NCBI RefSeq assembly: GCF_006345805.1 | Contig: NC_043016.1 | Location: 17,856,001-17,920,000, forward strand | Length of the DNA stretch: 64,000 nucleotides | Reading direction: 5' to 3' | Origin: Octopus sinensis | Taxonomy: Eukaryota | Part shown: one piece after another, positions 24,996 through 37,125 of the stretch | Layout: the number at the start of each line of letters is the position of its first letter | How positions within the stretch are numbered: the stretch's first letter is position 1 | Made by a program: the position numbers and the translations under genes | Notes under the pieces: model-generated | Seen by the model: only the letters and a program-made list of their open reading frames with translations | Databases searched by the model: none | Told to the model about the DNA's origin: nothing

Positions 24996-26061
24996 AAGTA
25001 TTTCAGGGCTGAAATATCAGCTTCAAACTGTGGAACAGTTTATTGATAAAAGTAGGAAATAAATTATAAAGAAAAAAGACTTGGAATAAATGGTTTCTTT
25101 GTTTATTAAATAATTCTTATATTATATTATATTATATTATACTTACAGCGCCTGTACCTAATCTAATCGTTCATCTTACTGCTTTATTAAATTCCCTCTT
25201 AAATCGTCCAACTAGACAGCATATATATATAAAGTACGTTTTTCTTTTATGCTCTCACTTTTAAGTTATATATTTAGATATCCTATTCAATATCGACCAT
25301 CATATTCTTCCTCGCCATAGTTTAAATAGTTATTTTCACATTTTCTCTCTGCATATTTAACAACACACATAAGAACAACATTCGCAAAACAAAGCTTCCT
25401 AAAAAAATTATTGGTGCTACTTTAGCGTGTGGTCTATGATAATATCCGTAGTGTACACTATGAAATGACTTGATCTGGGTTAGGTTAGGACTTAAGACTA
25501 GGGTGAAGGTTGAGTGTTAGGGTTACGGTTTAGTAATAAATCAAATGTAATTAGGAAAATGGAACGAGGCACGATTAGATGTGTTTATCACTAGATTGAA
25601 GAATTCAAAACAAGCTTTTAGATTCAACTACATCTGATCATATCAAAACCGTAACTAATAGGAGATCCTTCATAGACCAAAACGTGGAAAATTAAATATA
25701 ATAAAGCATGAGTGGTTCATAGCTATAGCTATGTCTATGATCTTAACCAAAGCTAAAAAATTTTAACAGAGAAAATAGATTTGCAAATAGATTTTCTCAG
25801 ATGATTGGTCGATCAAATTTAGAATATGCCATGGAATAAGAAGATCGGACAAGGCAGACTTACAAGTAGCTACAACATACAGTGCCACTGTTAAAGCATA
25901 TAAACTTATAGAAGATCAAATAAACATAGCGTTAATGAAGCAATCCTTTACTATAAATGCTTACCAAGAGATTGGCAAGTTCTAATACAGCAGGTGTTAG
26001 TGATTTCAAGCATTGTAAAGAATGGTTAGCAGTTCTTACAAGCTCGTAGCCAACAAGGATA

Positions 26062-26432
26062 TGGAAGCACTCCGTCGGTTACGACGATGAGGGTTCCGGT
26101 TGATCCGAATCAACGGAACAGCCTGCTCGTGAAATTAACGTGTAAGTGGCAGAGCACTCCACAGACACGTGTGCCTTAACGTAGTTCTCGGGGATATTCA
26201 GCTAGACACAGAGAGTGACAAGGCCGGCCCCTTGAAATACAGGTACAACAGAAACAGGAAGTAAGAGTGAGAGAAAGTTGTGGTGAAAGAGTACAACAGG
26301 GATCACCACCATCCCCTGCTGGAGCCTCGTGGAGCTTTTAGGTGTTTTCGCTCAATAAACACTCACAACGCCCGGTCTGGGAATCGAAACCGCGAGTCCG
26401 CTGCCCTAACCACTGGGCCATTGCGCCTCCAC
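26062..26432 (-). mobile_element. SINE family C, full length, 14 bp TSD
   Basis: AGCCAACAAGGATA at 26048-26061 and 26433-26446; A box tggcccagtgg, B box ggtttcgattcc. Confidence 0.9.
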
Positions 26433-27109
26433 AGCCAACAAGGATAATAATTTTAGTGACTGATAAATTCTCTTCGTCCTAGATCAAAGAAAAGATGATC
26501 ATTTGTATTAATTTACTAATGCACTAAAAGAAAAAGCGCATATGCCAATCTTATAAGGCCCAAAAGACTGCCTGAGCAGATTAAGAACTTTTTTTTACGG
26601 TATTGGTTTACTAACAGATTTGTGCTTGCAGTTCGATTCAAGCTACATTAAAATGTGTATTTGATTGAAACTCAATAGTGTATATATACCATTTTCTTCA
26701 TTTCGAATAGAATCCTAACGGAGTTATGATAGTACATATATTTAAAAATACACTCATCACTACAAACCACAGAATTTCACCAAACGAAGGGGACATTGAA
26801 ATGTCCTTAAAGTACTTCTTTGAAGAAAAGATGTCTAAAAACAGATTTCCGAATTTATTTTAATAATGAAAATCTTTCAAGACAATGGAAAATTCACCAG
26901 AACAACATCTCAAATTCTCGATGCTACCTCATTTAGGGAGGTCACTGGAGTTTAACGAGTCGTCTAAAAGGCTAAGCTCTTTATGGATGTGAAACCATTG
27001 GTCACTCTATGACCCGACATATAATTAACTTCCTGTAAATATATTACTGTTCTGAGATTTAGTGTGTGCTTTTTTTTTTTCGGATATATGATCAACTGGC
27101 TAGATATAT

Positions 27110-27258
27110 ATATGTATGACCTTCTTTCAGTTCCTGTCTACCAAATCCACTCCCGAGGCTATAGTAGAAGGCACTTGCCCACGGTGCCAAGCAATGAGAC
27201 TGAACCCAGAACCATATGGTTGAGAAGTAAAGTTCTCACTACACCGCTTGCGCTTATA
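27110..27258 (-). mobile_element. SINE family A 5' fragment
   Basis: Reverse A head and core. Confidence 0.7.
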
Positions 27259-27318
27259 CATACCCAAAATATTTTAGATTATTCCGCCACATATGAAATG
27301 ATGACCAATATCAATATT

Positions 27319-27719
27319 CTTTTCTACTCTAGGCACAAGACCAGAAATTTTGGAGGAGGGGACCCAGTCGATTATATCGACCTCAGTATGCAACTGGTAC
27401 TTAATTTATCAACCTCGGAAGGATGAAAGGCAAAGTCGACCTCGGCTAAATTTGAACTCACAACGTAAAGACAGACGTAATACTTATTTCTTTATTACCC
27501 ACAAGGGGTTAAATATAAAGAGAATAAACAAGGACAGACAAAGGTATTAAGTCGATTACATCGACCCCAGTGCGTAACTGGTACTTATTTAATCGACCCC
27601 GAAAGGATGAAAAGCAAAGTCGACCTCAGTAGAATTTGAACTCAGAACGTAGCGGCAGACGAAATACCGCTAAGCATTTCGCCCGGCGTGGTAACGTTTC
27701 TGCCAACTCGCCGCCTTTT
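27319..27719 (-). mobile_element. SINE family B dimer (tail 2 nested in tail 1)
   Basis: Junction motifs at 27472-27484 and 27656-27668; outer TSD ACCAATATCAATATT/ACCGATATCATTATT. Confidence 0.85.
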
Positions 27720-28199
27720 ACCGATATCATTATTAGACAGTATCAGAAAGAAATTGCATTACTTTGTACAAATGTGTGACAACATATTTTTGTCGTAAAT
27801 GTAGTTTTACGTGTAACTAATTTGTTTTGCTCTATTTTCGGATAAACCGTAGTTTAAATTATCCGCGCTCCGAGGTATACAATAAACGAAAGAGAGCAAG
27901 ACTATATAACCCACTTGGTCTAAATGAAGAAAAAAAATTTTTTAAACCATTTTTATTTTGCTGACTAATCATTCATAAATCGAAATTTGCTTTCTATGAT
28001 TCAGTAGTTTCTGAGTTAGCAGAACAAATATCCAAGAAATTAATTAAGCAACTAGACACGACATTACGAATAGAATTAAATTATCAAGGGTTGCATATGT
28101 TGGATTTGTGAGAGGAGAAATTTAATGGCATTTGTTCAGAAAGAGAAAATTAGTTTATTTATCACAGATACAAAATATTTTCGAAAAGTATGAGCAATC

Positions 28200-28350
28200 A
28201 CAAGTATAATCAGCCGAAATTGCGAGGATAATCTGGTGCTTCACTGAGGAAAAAAAACTTCGAATGATCCATCCTTGTTTTCTTTGTATCGTCTATCTGG
28301 ATGTTTTGTTGTCCCATTTTTGTATCAACTAACTGTCCGGATGTTTTGCG
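28200..28350. repeat. Interspersed repeat shared (inverted) with 63900-64000
   Basis: ttcgaatg..tccttgttttctttgtatcgtc..gttcttgtccca matches the reverse complement of the window end. Confidence 0.65.
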
Positions 28351-28370
28351 TTCTTGTCCCATTTTGTAAT

Positions 28371-28407
<37 letters not shown>

Positions 28408-28439
28408 ATATATATATGTGAAATAGAAAGATGAATAAT

Positions 28440-28867
28440 CTTGTAGTAGATTAATCAAAAGTTTAACCGATACCTTAGTAGCAAAAATCACAGCAGTAAA
28501 CAGCACGGTTGGAGGTACAACCATCTGGCGTTGCAACCGTGCGTTGGTGCGGATAATTGAAATTAAAACATTATTGGTGAATTGAAGAAATGGAGCTGAA
28601 CGCAGATTGAACAGAAATCGTTTTATTTCATTCTACACGTGTTTCGCCATGGGCTCTTAGGAGCATAGTTCGATTTGTTTTTGCTCCGCCTCTGTTCTGT
28701 TTTTGTTTTTCCAACGGATTTCCTTTTTTCTTCCTGAAGAGAAAGACACAATAGGGTCCCATTATTCAATCGGATTTTGGTAATTTGTGCCTTTCGAAAC
28801 ACGTGTAGAATGAAATAAAACGATTTCTGTTCAATCTGCGTTCAGCTCCATTTCTTCAATTCACCAG

Positions 28868-28870
<3 letters not shown>
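28440..28870 (+). mobile_element. Penelope-like element with perfect 72 bp inverted terminal-repeat copy
   Basis: 28575-28646 is the exact reverse complement of 28795-28866. Confidence 0.75.
28727..28815 (+). ncRNA. Minimal type I hammerhead ribozyme
   Basis: TTTCTTC-CTGAAGA-GAAAGACACA...TGTGCCTTTC-GAAA-CACGTG-TA-GAATGAAA; GUA triplet. Confidence 0.8.
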
Positions 28871-28894
<24 letters not shown>

Positions 28895-28901
<7 letters not shown>

Positions 28902-29255
28902 CAATGGGTGAATGAATTATCCTATGTTTATCGTTAACATGGAAAATTTATCGTTAACATAGCAAATTCACGTCAGAAACTTATTATTCCTTTAACCCTT
29001 CTCTTCCTACTATCTGCCTTTGGCGTCAAATCTACTAACGGTTTTTTTTAATACTTAATAACGTTCTGTTTATCATGTAGGCAGTCATCGTAATTGTTAT
29101 AATGTCTTGTTGTTGAGAGAGGGTCTCTTTCTTTCCTGATGAGAAGATTGCATTTACATCGTTTATTCCTTTGGAATAAAACCATGTTGTCTTCGAAACA
29201 TATGTCGAAAGTAAAAGAATTTTATTAACATCTTCGTTCAACTCCATTTAATTAT
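28895..29255 (+). mobile_element. Penelope-like terminal-repeat element (homolog of 10460-10815)
   Basis: Same ends; different internal segment. Confidence 0.65.
29131..29211 (+). ncRNA. Minimal type I hammerhead ribozyme
   Basis: CTTTC-CTGATGA-GAAGA...TCTTC-GAAA-CATATG-TC-GAAAG; all stems Watson-Crick. Confidence 0.82.
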
Positions 29256-29290
29256 TTATTCATTTATATATATATATATATATATAATAT

Positions 29291-29324
<34 letters not shown>

Positions 29325-29499
29325 ATATGTATGTATGTATGTATGTATATTCAGATGGATTTTTGTCTTATTCAGTCTTTCTGTTTAAAACGCGTTTGAC
29401 CGAAAATTGATGTTAGCGCAAAGGATATCCGCAACATAGCTGCTTGGCCCTCTTTTAATGGCATTCATGCAAGGTTCACTCCAGAAATTTTGACCCCTT

Positions 29500-29880
29500 T
29501 TCAGGAGAGACATTTATTAATTTCAAACAAGCACAGAACGTTTAACTCTTTCAAAGTAGTATCGTCTGACTTCAATCTACTTGTAATGCTTCAGGCACTT
29601 CATGAAGGCTCCATAGAAATCCGCCAAAGAAAGTATCCAAGATTTCTATCACAGCCTCCTTCATTTTCTCAATGTCTTCAAAACAACTTCTGAGGTTCTC
29701 TTTCAGCTCATGGTCAAAAGTCACAGGGAGCAAGCTCTAGACTATGAGGAGGGGAGTGATGCCTGTCTCTTCTGATGCCTGTCTCTGTCAAGTAGTTGGT
29801 TACCAGCGTGGAATTGTGATAACCAACCAGTGTTTTGCAGAGTGTGTTCAAAGTGCAGTTACAGTCATCTCTTTGAATCT
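29500..29880 (-). mobile_element. mariner transposase relic
   Basis: HHSPPHSLELAPCDF and DFYGAFMKCLKHYK..YYFE C-terminus. Confidence 0.75.
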
Positions 29881-29884
29881 GGAA

Positions 29885-30182
29885 ATTTTTTTCAAGCCTA
29901 GCCAGGCTCATGGGCCCGGTTTCCCGGTTTCTGTGGCGCATGTGTTCCCTCCATCTGGACGGGACGCCAGTCCGTCCCAGTGTTACTCAAGAAGCAGGAA
30001 GAAAGAGTGAGAGAAAGTTGTGGAGAAAGAGTACAACAGGGGTCGTCGTGACCCCCTGCCGGAGCCTCGTGGAGCTTTTAGGTGTTTTCGCTCAATAAAC
30101 ACATACAACGCCCGGTCTGGGAAACGAAACCGCGATCCTCCGATCGCGATTCCGCTGCCCTAACCACTGGGTCATTGCGTCT
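29885..30182 (-). mobile_element. Chimeric SINE (C head plus tail shared with 52825-52935)
   Basis: Junction at about 29989. Confidence 0.75.
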
Positions 30183-30985
30183 CTACTATTAGATTTATAG
30201 TAAGGATATGATAAATTACAATGATGTAAAACAGAACTGCCTCTCCTAAAAAGTCTCAAACCGGATCTTTTCTGTTTGACTGCCACTTTTCAGCTTCAAT
30301 TCTTATTCCAATTGATTCGATATATTGGTGTAGTTTTGAATGGTAATCATTGACATTAAATTCATTTTCGCCGTAAATCAATAAATAAAGAGTTAATAGC
30401 TTTTAAAGTGTACAAATTTTTAGTAATTTTAGCCATTCGAAAGCCAGAGACATATAGGTGCCTGTTTCCATAGTAGCAAGCCATGCTATTATCAAGCTGC
30501 TTACAGACATGGAATTTTCCGAAAATTTTTGCAAATTTCTGTTCTACACGCGGGAATTTATACGACTATGCAAAAGCAAAAACAAAAAAATTGTGTGATT
30601 TAAGTTGTTATTTTTAGCACATCTCAGGGCCACCTCATGCCGTCCTCGTTTGTTTATCACACTGATGTATTGATGATTTTTAATCTTTCTCTCCTTAAAC
30701 ACATTTAATAGTCTATTGCCGAGATTTAAGGCAAAAATTCATATTGTCTGTATTTTAAATTGTGGTTTAAAAATATAATTCGAAATTTTTTTAAAATTTA
30801 ATTTCGAAAAACTAAAAAGAAAATTGTTTCACATAATTGTATGAAACGCTAACAGAATAGATAAATCCACAAGAAAATTCTGAAAATTCCAAAAAGTAAA
30901 AAAAGTTATGAGGGGTTATGAGCAGAAATCTGCTATATAATCGATATATACCATTTGAATTAGGCCCACTAACACTACGTGAACC

Positions 30986-31153
30986 CACTAGCGTAGCTGG
31001 GCAGGGGTGGTCAGTCCTGGGTGACACTTTTAAAGGGACAGCACTTTTCATCCTGTCGTAAGCTATTGCCGTAGGCAATATGTGTCTTTTGTGGGGTCTG
31101 GGGGCGGCAAACGGAACGGCCGCCCCGGGCGGCGCACACTAGCAACGCTAGTG
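30986..31153. mobile_element. hAT-like MITE about 370 bp upstream of the TRPC exon
   Basis: TIR CACTAGCGT(A/T)GCT; 8 bp flanks CGTGAACC/CTTGAAAC (6/8). Confidence 0.65.
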
Positions 31154-31524
31154 CTTGAAACACATGTCTGTCGCTTGTTGGGTTAGTGTGCTATCAATTA
31201 CATTACAGAGCGCTCGCTATTCCATCTTTTCAAATTAATTACTATAAATTGCTTTCTGCTGTTTTAACTGTATATTATTTTATCTCCACAAGATAATTTA
31301 TCAGTCACTAAGAGCTGACAGAACAGACTTACTATACTCTTGTCCAGCATAACTAAGTCACCTACAGTGAAAAACAATCGCGTGAATCAAATTATCAATT
31401 AATCGATGACAATTTCTATGTAAACGTAAGCCTTAATTATAATGTCTAATGTCATTTGCGTTAATACTTTAGCGGTTAATTTATATGTAATTGTTAATTC
31501 ATTTTCATTATTTTTGTTTTGCAG

Positions 31525-32476
31525 AAAGGAAAATCTGAAAATAAGAAAAATGCCCTACCTAAACAAAAGAAGCAGCACACGGTGCGGTCCTACTGGACGA
31601 GGTGGTGTTCTAATTCCACTTGAACCCCTTAAGGAAGGACATCGAATTGATCCACAAGAACGATTCTTCCTAGAAGCAGCAGAAAAGGGAGACAAGCATA
31701 CAATGATACGATGTTTGCAAGGCCCGAACCCAGTAAATGTTAATTGTACTAATATGTTAGGACGATCTGCCATACAAATAGCTGTGGACAATGAAAACAC
31801 AGAAATAGTAGAACTCTTACTCAAACAGGAGGGTGTCAAAATTGGAGATGCAGTACTCTACGCCATCCGTGAAGGGGTGTACAAGATAGTTGAAATGTTG
31901 ATTGACCATCCAAGTGTTACCAGGGGTATGCTGGGATCGGATTGGTCTAAAACGAAACACGGAAACGAAGAGAGTTCAGATTATTCTCCGGATATTTCTC
32001 CAGTAATTTTGGCCGCTCATTGTAATCAATTTGAAATTCTTCAGTTATTACTTCTTCGCGGTGCCACCATTGAAAGACCACACGAACTGTCTTGTTCTTG
32101 TAAGAAATGCCAGGAACAGGTTCACGAAGACAGTCTCCGACATTCTTTGCTGAGAATTCACACTTATAAAGCGTTAGCTAGTCCTGCGTGGATATCTTTG
32201 ACAAGTCTCGATCCCATTTTAAGCGCTTTTAAGCTATCATGGGATCTTGCAAAAAAAGGATTAAAAGAAAACGAATTCAAGGATTTATATTTCGATTTAG
32301 CAATGCAATGCAAACGATTCGCGTGCGATCTATTGGACCAATGTCGGAGCAGTGAAGAGGTAATTGCTGTATTAAATAAAGAGACATCTTCAGATGAAGA
32401 GGATGAGCCGAGTTCGAGTGGAGAGAAACTTACTTTGGCACGATTGAAATTAGCTCTCAAATATGAACAGAAACAG
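31525..32476 (+). CDS. TRPC: TRPC-family (TRP/TRPL/TRP-gamma-like) cation channel, ankyrin-repeat and TRP_2 exon; first ATG at 31550
   Basis: Acceptor ttttgcag|31525 and donor CAG|gtatgt at 32476/7. Translation has ankyrin repeats (FLEAAEKGD, NVNCTNMLGRSAIQIAVDNEN, IGDAVLYAIREG, PVILAAHCNQFEILQLLL), the Zn-binding HELSCSCKKC motif, DSLRHS..RIHTYKALASP, DPILSAFKLSWDL, ENEFK and LARLKLALKYEQKQ. The frame is open from the acceptor, so an upstream coding exon is possible. Paralog not assignable. Confidence 0.95.
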
Positions 32477-32544
32477 GTATGTGGCTAAAACATTATTTTT
32501 TTTCATTCCTTAATATTTCGACATTCCAATTTTGTGGCATTATG

Positions 32545-32706
32545 CCAGGAATGGCTGTGTGGTAAGTAGCTTGCTAACCAACCACATGGTTCCGGGTTCA
32601 GTCCCACTGCGTGGCATCTTGGGCAAGTGTCTTCCGCTATAGCCCCGGGCCGACCAATGCCTTGTGAGTGGATTTGGTAGACGGAAACTGAAAGAAGCCT
32701 GTCGTA

Positions 32707-32757
<51 letters not shown>

Positions 32758-32984
32758 ATGTGTTTGTGTGTCTGTGTTTGTCCCCCTAGCATTGCTTGAC
32801 AACCGATGCTGGTGTGTTTATGTCCCCGTTACTTAGCGGTTCGGCAAAAAGAGACCGATAGAATAAGTACTGGGCTTACAAAAGAATAAGCCCCGGGGTC
32901 GAGTTGCTCGATTGAAGGCGGTGCTCCAGCATGGCCGCAGTCAAATGACTGAAACAAGTAAAAGAGTAAAAGAGAGTAAAAGAG
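32545..32984 (+). mobile_element. SINE family A, full length, 70 bp into the intron
   Basis: Nearly identical to 1-300. Confidence 0.9.
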
Positions 32985-33151
32985 AATTAGAAATTAATAT
33001 TTCAATATTTCGTAAAAATATGTAGTTGCTATTAGTTCTTACGTATAACCAAAAATGTCCTTGACGTGACCATCTTTCTGTTTTTCTCACCCCCAGATTT
33101 TTTTTCAGACATAATAATTCTGGATCTAAATTATCCAATGCATCTTTTTAT

Positions 33152-35575
33152 GATTATTACCTTCGCCTTCGCTAAGGGGGGGGGAGGTATTGTTTTCAGT
33201 CGAGTTTGTTTGTTTCTTTGTCCGTGGAGAAGATATCTCAAAAAACCGCAGGTTGGATTCAGATGAAACTTTCAGAGATGTTTGGCCTCATGACTGGCAG
33301 AAACTAATTAGATTTTGGGATCGATCAGGTACCGGACAAAAAATCCGGAATAATTTTTTCGGATTTTTTTCATTTTTGAGAACGGTCGGGTTCGCTTTAG
33401 TATTCTCGTTTGTGAGAGCAGTCGAGTGTATTTCAGATATTTTCATTTTAAAAATCGTCTTTGGATAATCGTTGAGAGGGCGTTGGTGTTGCATTGGCGG
33501 ACGTTTGTGTCACAGGCGGTTTGAGTTTTTTTTTTGTCATATTAGACGTGTGGCAGAGTGTTAAATATTTGTTTGATTTTTACTGTTCAAATTGTTGCTA
33601 GTGGTATTTTGAATTTTTGTTTCCCCCCCCCCCCATTGTGGGAAAAATGGAGAAAACGCCAGCTGGTGGCCACAGTTATGTAGCTGCAACTGGAAAAGGG
33701 ATAGACGCGGAAACGCTGGAGGTACGAGAAATAAAGATTGAACCTCCAAAAATGAAGGAATGCGAGAAGTTGCTAGAAAGAGACAGAAATACACTGAAAT
33801 TAACGCCGCCTGTGGAACTAACAACCAATGTAATGAAAAGAACGGTGATACATAAGACAATGAAGATAGCAACAAGGAAAATATAAATAGCAACAATAGA
33901 GGCTATTGAAGAATATAAAAAGTCTAACCACATTTATAACAAGAGGGAGAAAGCACGCTACTGTGGAGGTGCGTTTTGCATCAGAAAAGGAAGCAACTAA
34001 GCACTCCACAGAGGCAATAAGATCGGAAGAATGGGTACTTTTGCCATTGTACTGTGGCAAACGTGTGGCCAGGGTGAGAGTTGGCAAAATGCCCCCAGAG
34101 CTGAAAGAAGTATAGCTGATGACAGCTATAATGTATAACATGAATGAGGAGACCAAGATACTGAAGGCCACAAGAACCCAAAGAGTCAACTACTGGAAAA
34201 ATGGAATAGAGTTAACCGTTCAAGCAACAGTGGAAGATCTAAACAGAATTGTCAAAGAGATAGTGCTGCCCGATGACGTAAGATTGGGAGTGGTAGTGGA
34301 GGATAGGCCACCTATATGTTATAAATGTGGGGAAAAGGGCCACATGAAAGCGACATGCCCCCAGAGGGAACAACAGATAGAGCAGACGGAGAGGCAGGAG
34401 ATATTTCTTTATTAACCTATAAAAGATTTACATACAGGGGACATTTCAAGGACAGACAAGGGACATTCAGGGTACAAACTCGCTTCTTACATACAGTGTG
34501 AAAAACCGGGTGGATTTATATTATTGTGAATGAGGGTTAAACATATAAATATAAATGATGATCGGATGAGTTTAGGGTCAGGGTTAGGGAGTTGACCCAC
34601 CGGTTGGTTATCCCTTTTTGGTAATCTACGGAGAGGCAGAAGAGCACGGACCAGGTGGTAAGGGTCGAGATAAAGGAGAAAGCAACGGAGGAGGGGGTTC
34701 ACGGTGTTCAGAAAGAGAAGTGGGGGAGTGAGCTCTCCACCAGAGCAGCAGAAAAAGAAGAAAGAAGAGATGGAAAAGGAGGAGACCAGAAGGAAGGAAG
34801 ACGAAATGGTGGTGGATAAAATAAGCGAAAAGGAACTTGAGGAGGTGTTCCGGTCGGAGTTGCATGAGGAGAAGACATTGGTGAGGGCACCGGCTGTTCC
34901 GGTGGAGGAAGAAAATTTGGAGACGCAACTGGAGAGACTGTTCAGAGTGGTGGAAGTAAAGAAGAAGGTGCCAGGAGCGGAGCAGGAAAAGAGAAAATAA
35001 ATAAAAAAAAAAGGGAAATTTTGATGGAATTTTGTGACGTACGCAAAAGGCAAAGAAACTGAAAAGAAAGTATTAAAGTTTAAACATATTATAAGAGTAA
35101 AGTTGCCCACGGATGTGTATTCAATAGTCTTGACTATTAAAATAACGAACAGAGTCAAGACTATTGAAAAGGTTGCAAGACGCAACGAAAATTTTAGGAA
35201 AACAAAATTAAGAAATAAGTGGTAATTTTACCGGTGAGTGTGTTAAATTATAAGGCACAAAAAGAAAATCTCCCCAGACACAACAGAATATGCTTCAACA
35301 CACGAACTCATATAAAGAATCTTGCAAACCAAATCCAAACACGAAAAATAAGATAATAGAACGATTTTAAATAGTTTATATAAACGTTCAACTGATACTG
35401 CATGCAGCCATTTCATTTTTCATTTTTATATAACATCTCATTTTCATTCGTTTTATGTTTTTTTCTCCCCACTGTGGTGTTGTGCCTGTCTTTGTAGTGT
35501 CCCCTCTGTGTTGCGGCCGTTGTGCTAAAATAAAGAAACATTGGCGGAGGTTTGCGCTCTCTGAGTGCTCTTGTT
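33152..35575 (+). mobile_element. Helentron-type non-autonomous element (HINE/DINE-1-like), split by a retroelement
   Basis: 5' subTIR ACCTTCGCC (about 33159), GTTT-rich tract, 3' subTIR GGCGGAGGT followed by hairpin GCGCTC-TCT-GAGTGC at about 35543-35569. Confidence 0.7.
33508..35538 (+). mobile_element. L1/Tx1-like element with a decayed gag-like ORF1 and no visible endonuclease/RT; 16 bp TSD
   Basis: TSD CATTGGCGGA(C/G)GTTTG at 33492-33507 and 35539-35554. ATG at 33647; CCHC knuckle CYKCGEKGHMKATC at 34317-34358; charged C-terminal region; ends AATAAAGAAA. Confidence 0.75.
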
Positions 35576-35662
35576 ATAATTATTGATTTTTCAAAGACCA
35601 GTAAGGTGTGATCTGATAAATATTTAACTGCTAATTCCAGCCGATTAAATGACTATGTAGAC

Positions 35663-35974
35663 CAGTGTTTCTCAACCATTTTTATTTATGGACCCCTTTG
35701 ATTACTATTTTATTCTGGTGGACCCCCATAGCCATTCGATGCTTAAAAACTAGTTTTATAGACACTTCTGAAATTCCTATTTCGTTTTTCACACATTCCC
35801 TTGTGTAGGTTGAACTATGTAAAACTTTAGAGAAAGAAACCTATCCGTTTCTTGTAATACATACGTCTAATGTAAAGTTTTTTTCGGGGGGGGGCCATAA
35901 AATATTATTGTGGATCCCCAATTTACAATTTTGTTGCGTGGACCCCACTAAAATCTTATATGGACCCCGGTTGA
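35663..35974. mobile_element. hAT (Charlie-like) MITE
   Basis: CAGTGTTTCTCAACC start, repeated ggacccc motifs, truncated ggttgag end. Confidence 0.65.
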
Positions 35975-36685
35975 GTCCCAATAATGTAGAAGCTCATTTG
36001 CTATTACCAATAAATACTCTCTGATTGGCTGTATGCAAATGAGTTCATAACTGGGATCCAGAACTCTCGTGGGAAAAAGAATTTTGCGAGCCGGGGCCCT
36101 GTTACCGGATGCAGCTTACAGTAATACCCAGGGTAGTACCCTGGATATGTTGAAATCATAGAATGAAGTGTAGTGGATGTGAACTGTTTCGGCAAATGAA
36201 TTTATTGTATCACTGCAGAATATCACTAGATGTCAAGCTGATGAACAGACAACAAACTGTCAATGGAATTCGCAAACTATTGCCTATCTTCTGTAGTGTG
36301 GCGAACACAGATGAGATATTTCAGCTAGCGAAAGAACATTGTGACTAAAACCCTGGTCAGACGTTCATACTGCGTCAATTAACCGTGGCATCTGGTGTGG
36401 AAGATTTGCGTTAGTCAGAGTAAAGTCACCCGACCGGATGATAATCCATATATTCTCGTCTCATAAATACTGATACATAAGGAGTCATAAACGCAAATGT
36501 AATCTAATTTAATGATTTCAAAGCTCCGTTATTTGGATGTTTGATCTAATTATGGCTGATTGTAAGTTTAATCTAATTTTCGATATTTATATGTTTAATG
36601 TAGTTTCTGCCATTAGGACATTCGTAATCTCGTTTCAACTATCGGAAAGCTTAGGGTTAATTTATACTATTTAGATAATATATGT

Positions 36686-36840
36686 GGCACCTTAGCAAAA
36701 GAGACCGATAGAATAAGTACAAGGCTTTAAAAAGTATAAGTACTGGTTGAGGTCGATTCGTTCGACAGAAATTCTTCAAGGCGGTGCCCCAGCATGGCCA
36801 CAATGTAATGGCTGAAACAAGTAGAAGATGAAAGATAGAT
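36686..36840 (+). mobile_element. SINE family A 3' fragment
   Basis: gcaaaagagaccgatagaataagtac...ctgaaacaagta. Confidence 0.7.
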
Positions 36841-37125
36841 ATAGCCTCGTTGTGTATAGTGCCTTCTTAGTTTGACATATGCAAGCTAACTGTTGAGTCA
36901 GTCGTCCATACAATATCATTTGTTTACAATCGTCTGCAAAATCATGTCCTTACGTCCAGCCGTTGAGCAGTTCGTTTGGTGGGTAAACAGTTATTTTGGC
37001 TACTGACAATGGAGGATAATCGTTTGAAATATTCATGTCATACACAAGGGGTGCAGTAAATAAAATTGCTTTCACTTCGTAGTAAACTCAAGTCATAAAC
37101 TGAAACATAACATGAACATAAAGTC

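Noticed and set aside
26062-26432. SINE heads as tRNA genes
   Set aside because: A and B boxes are present, but I could not build a full cloverleaf; the heads continue into SINE bodies with TSDs.
31442-31524. N-terminal extension of the 348 aa ORF
   Set aside because: It reads through a pyrimidine-rich acceptor; intronic.
36020-36045. CCAAT plus octamer (ATTGG..ATGCAAAT) as an intronic enhancer
   Set aside because: Short motifs expected by chance in 64 kb of AT-rich DNA; no other support.
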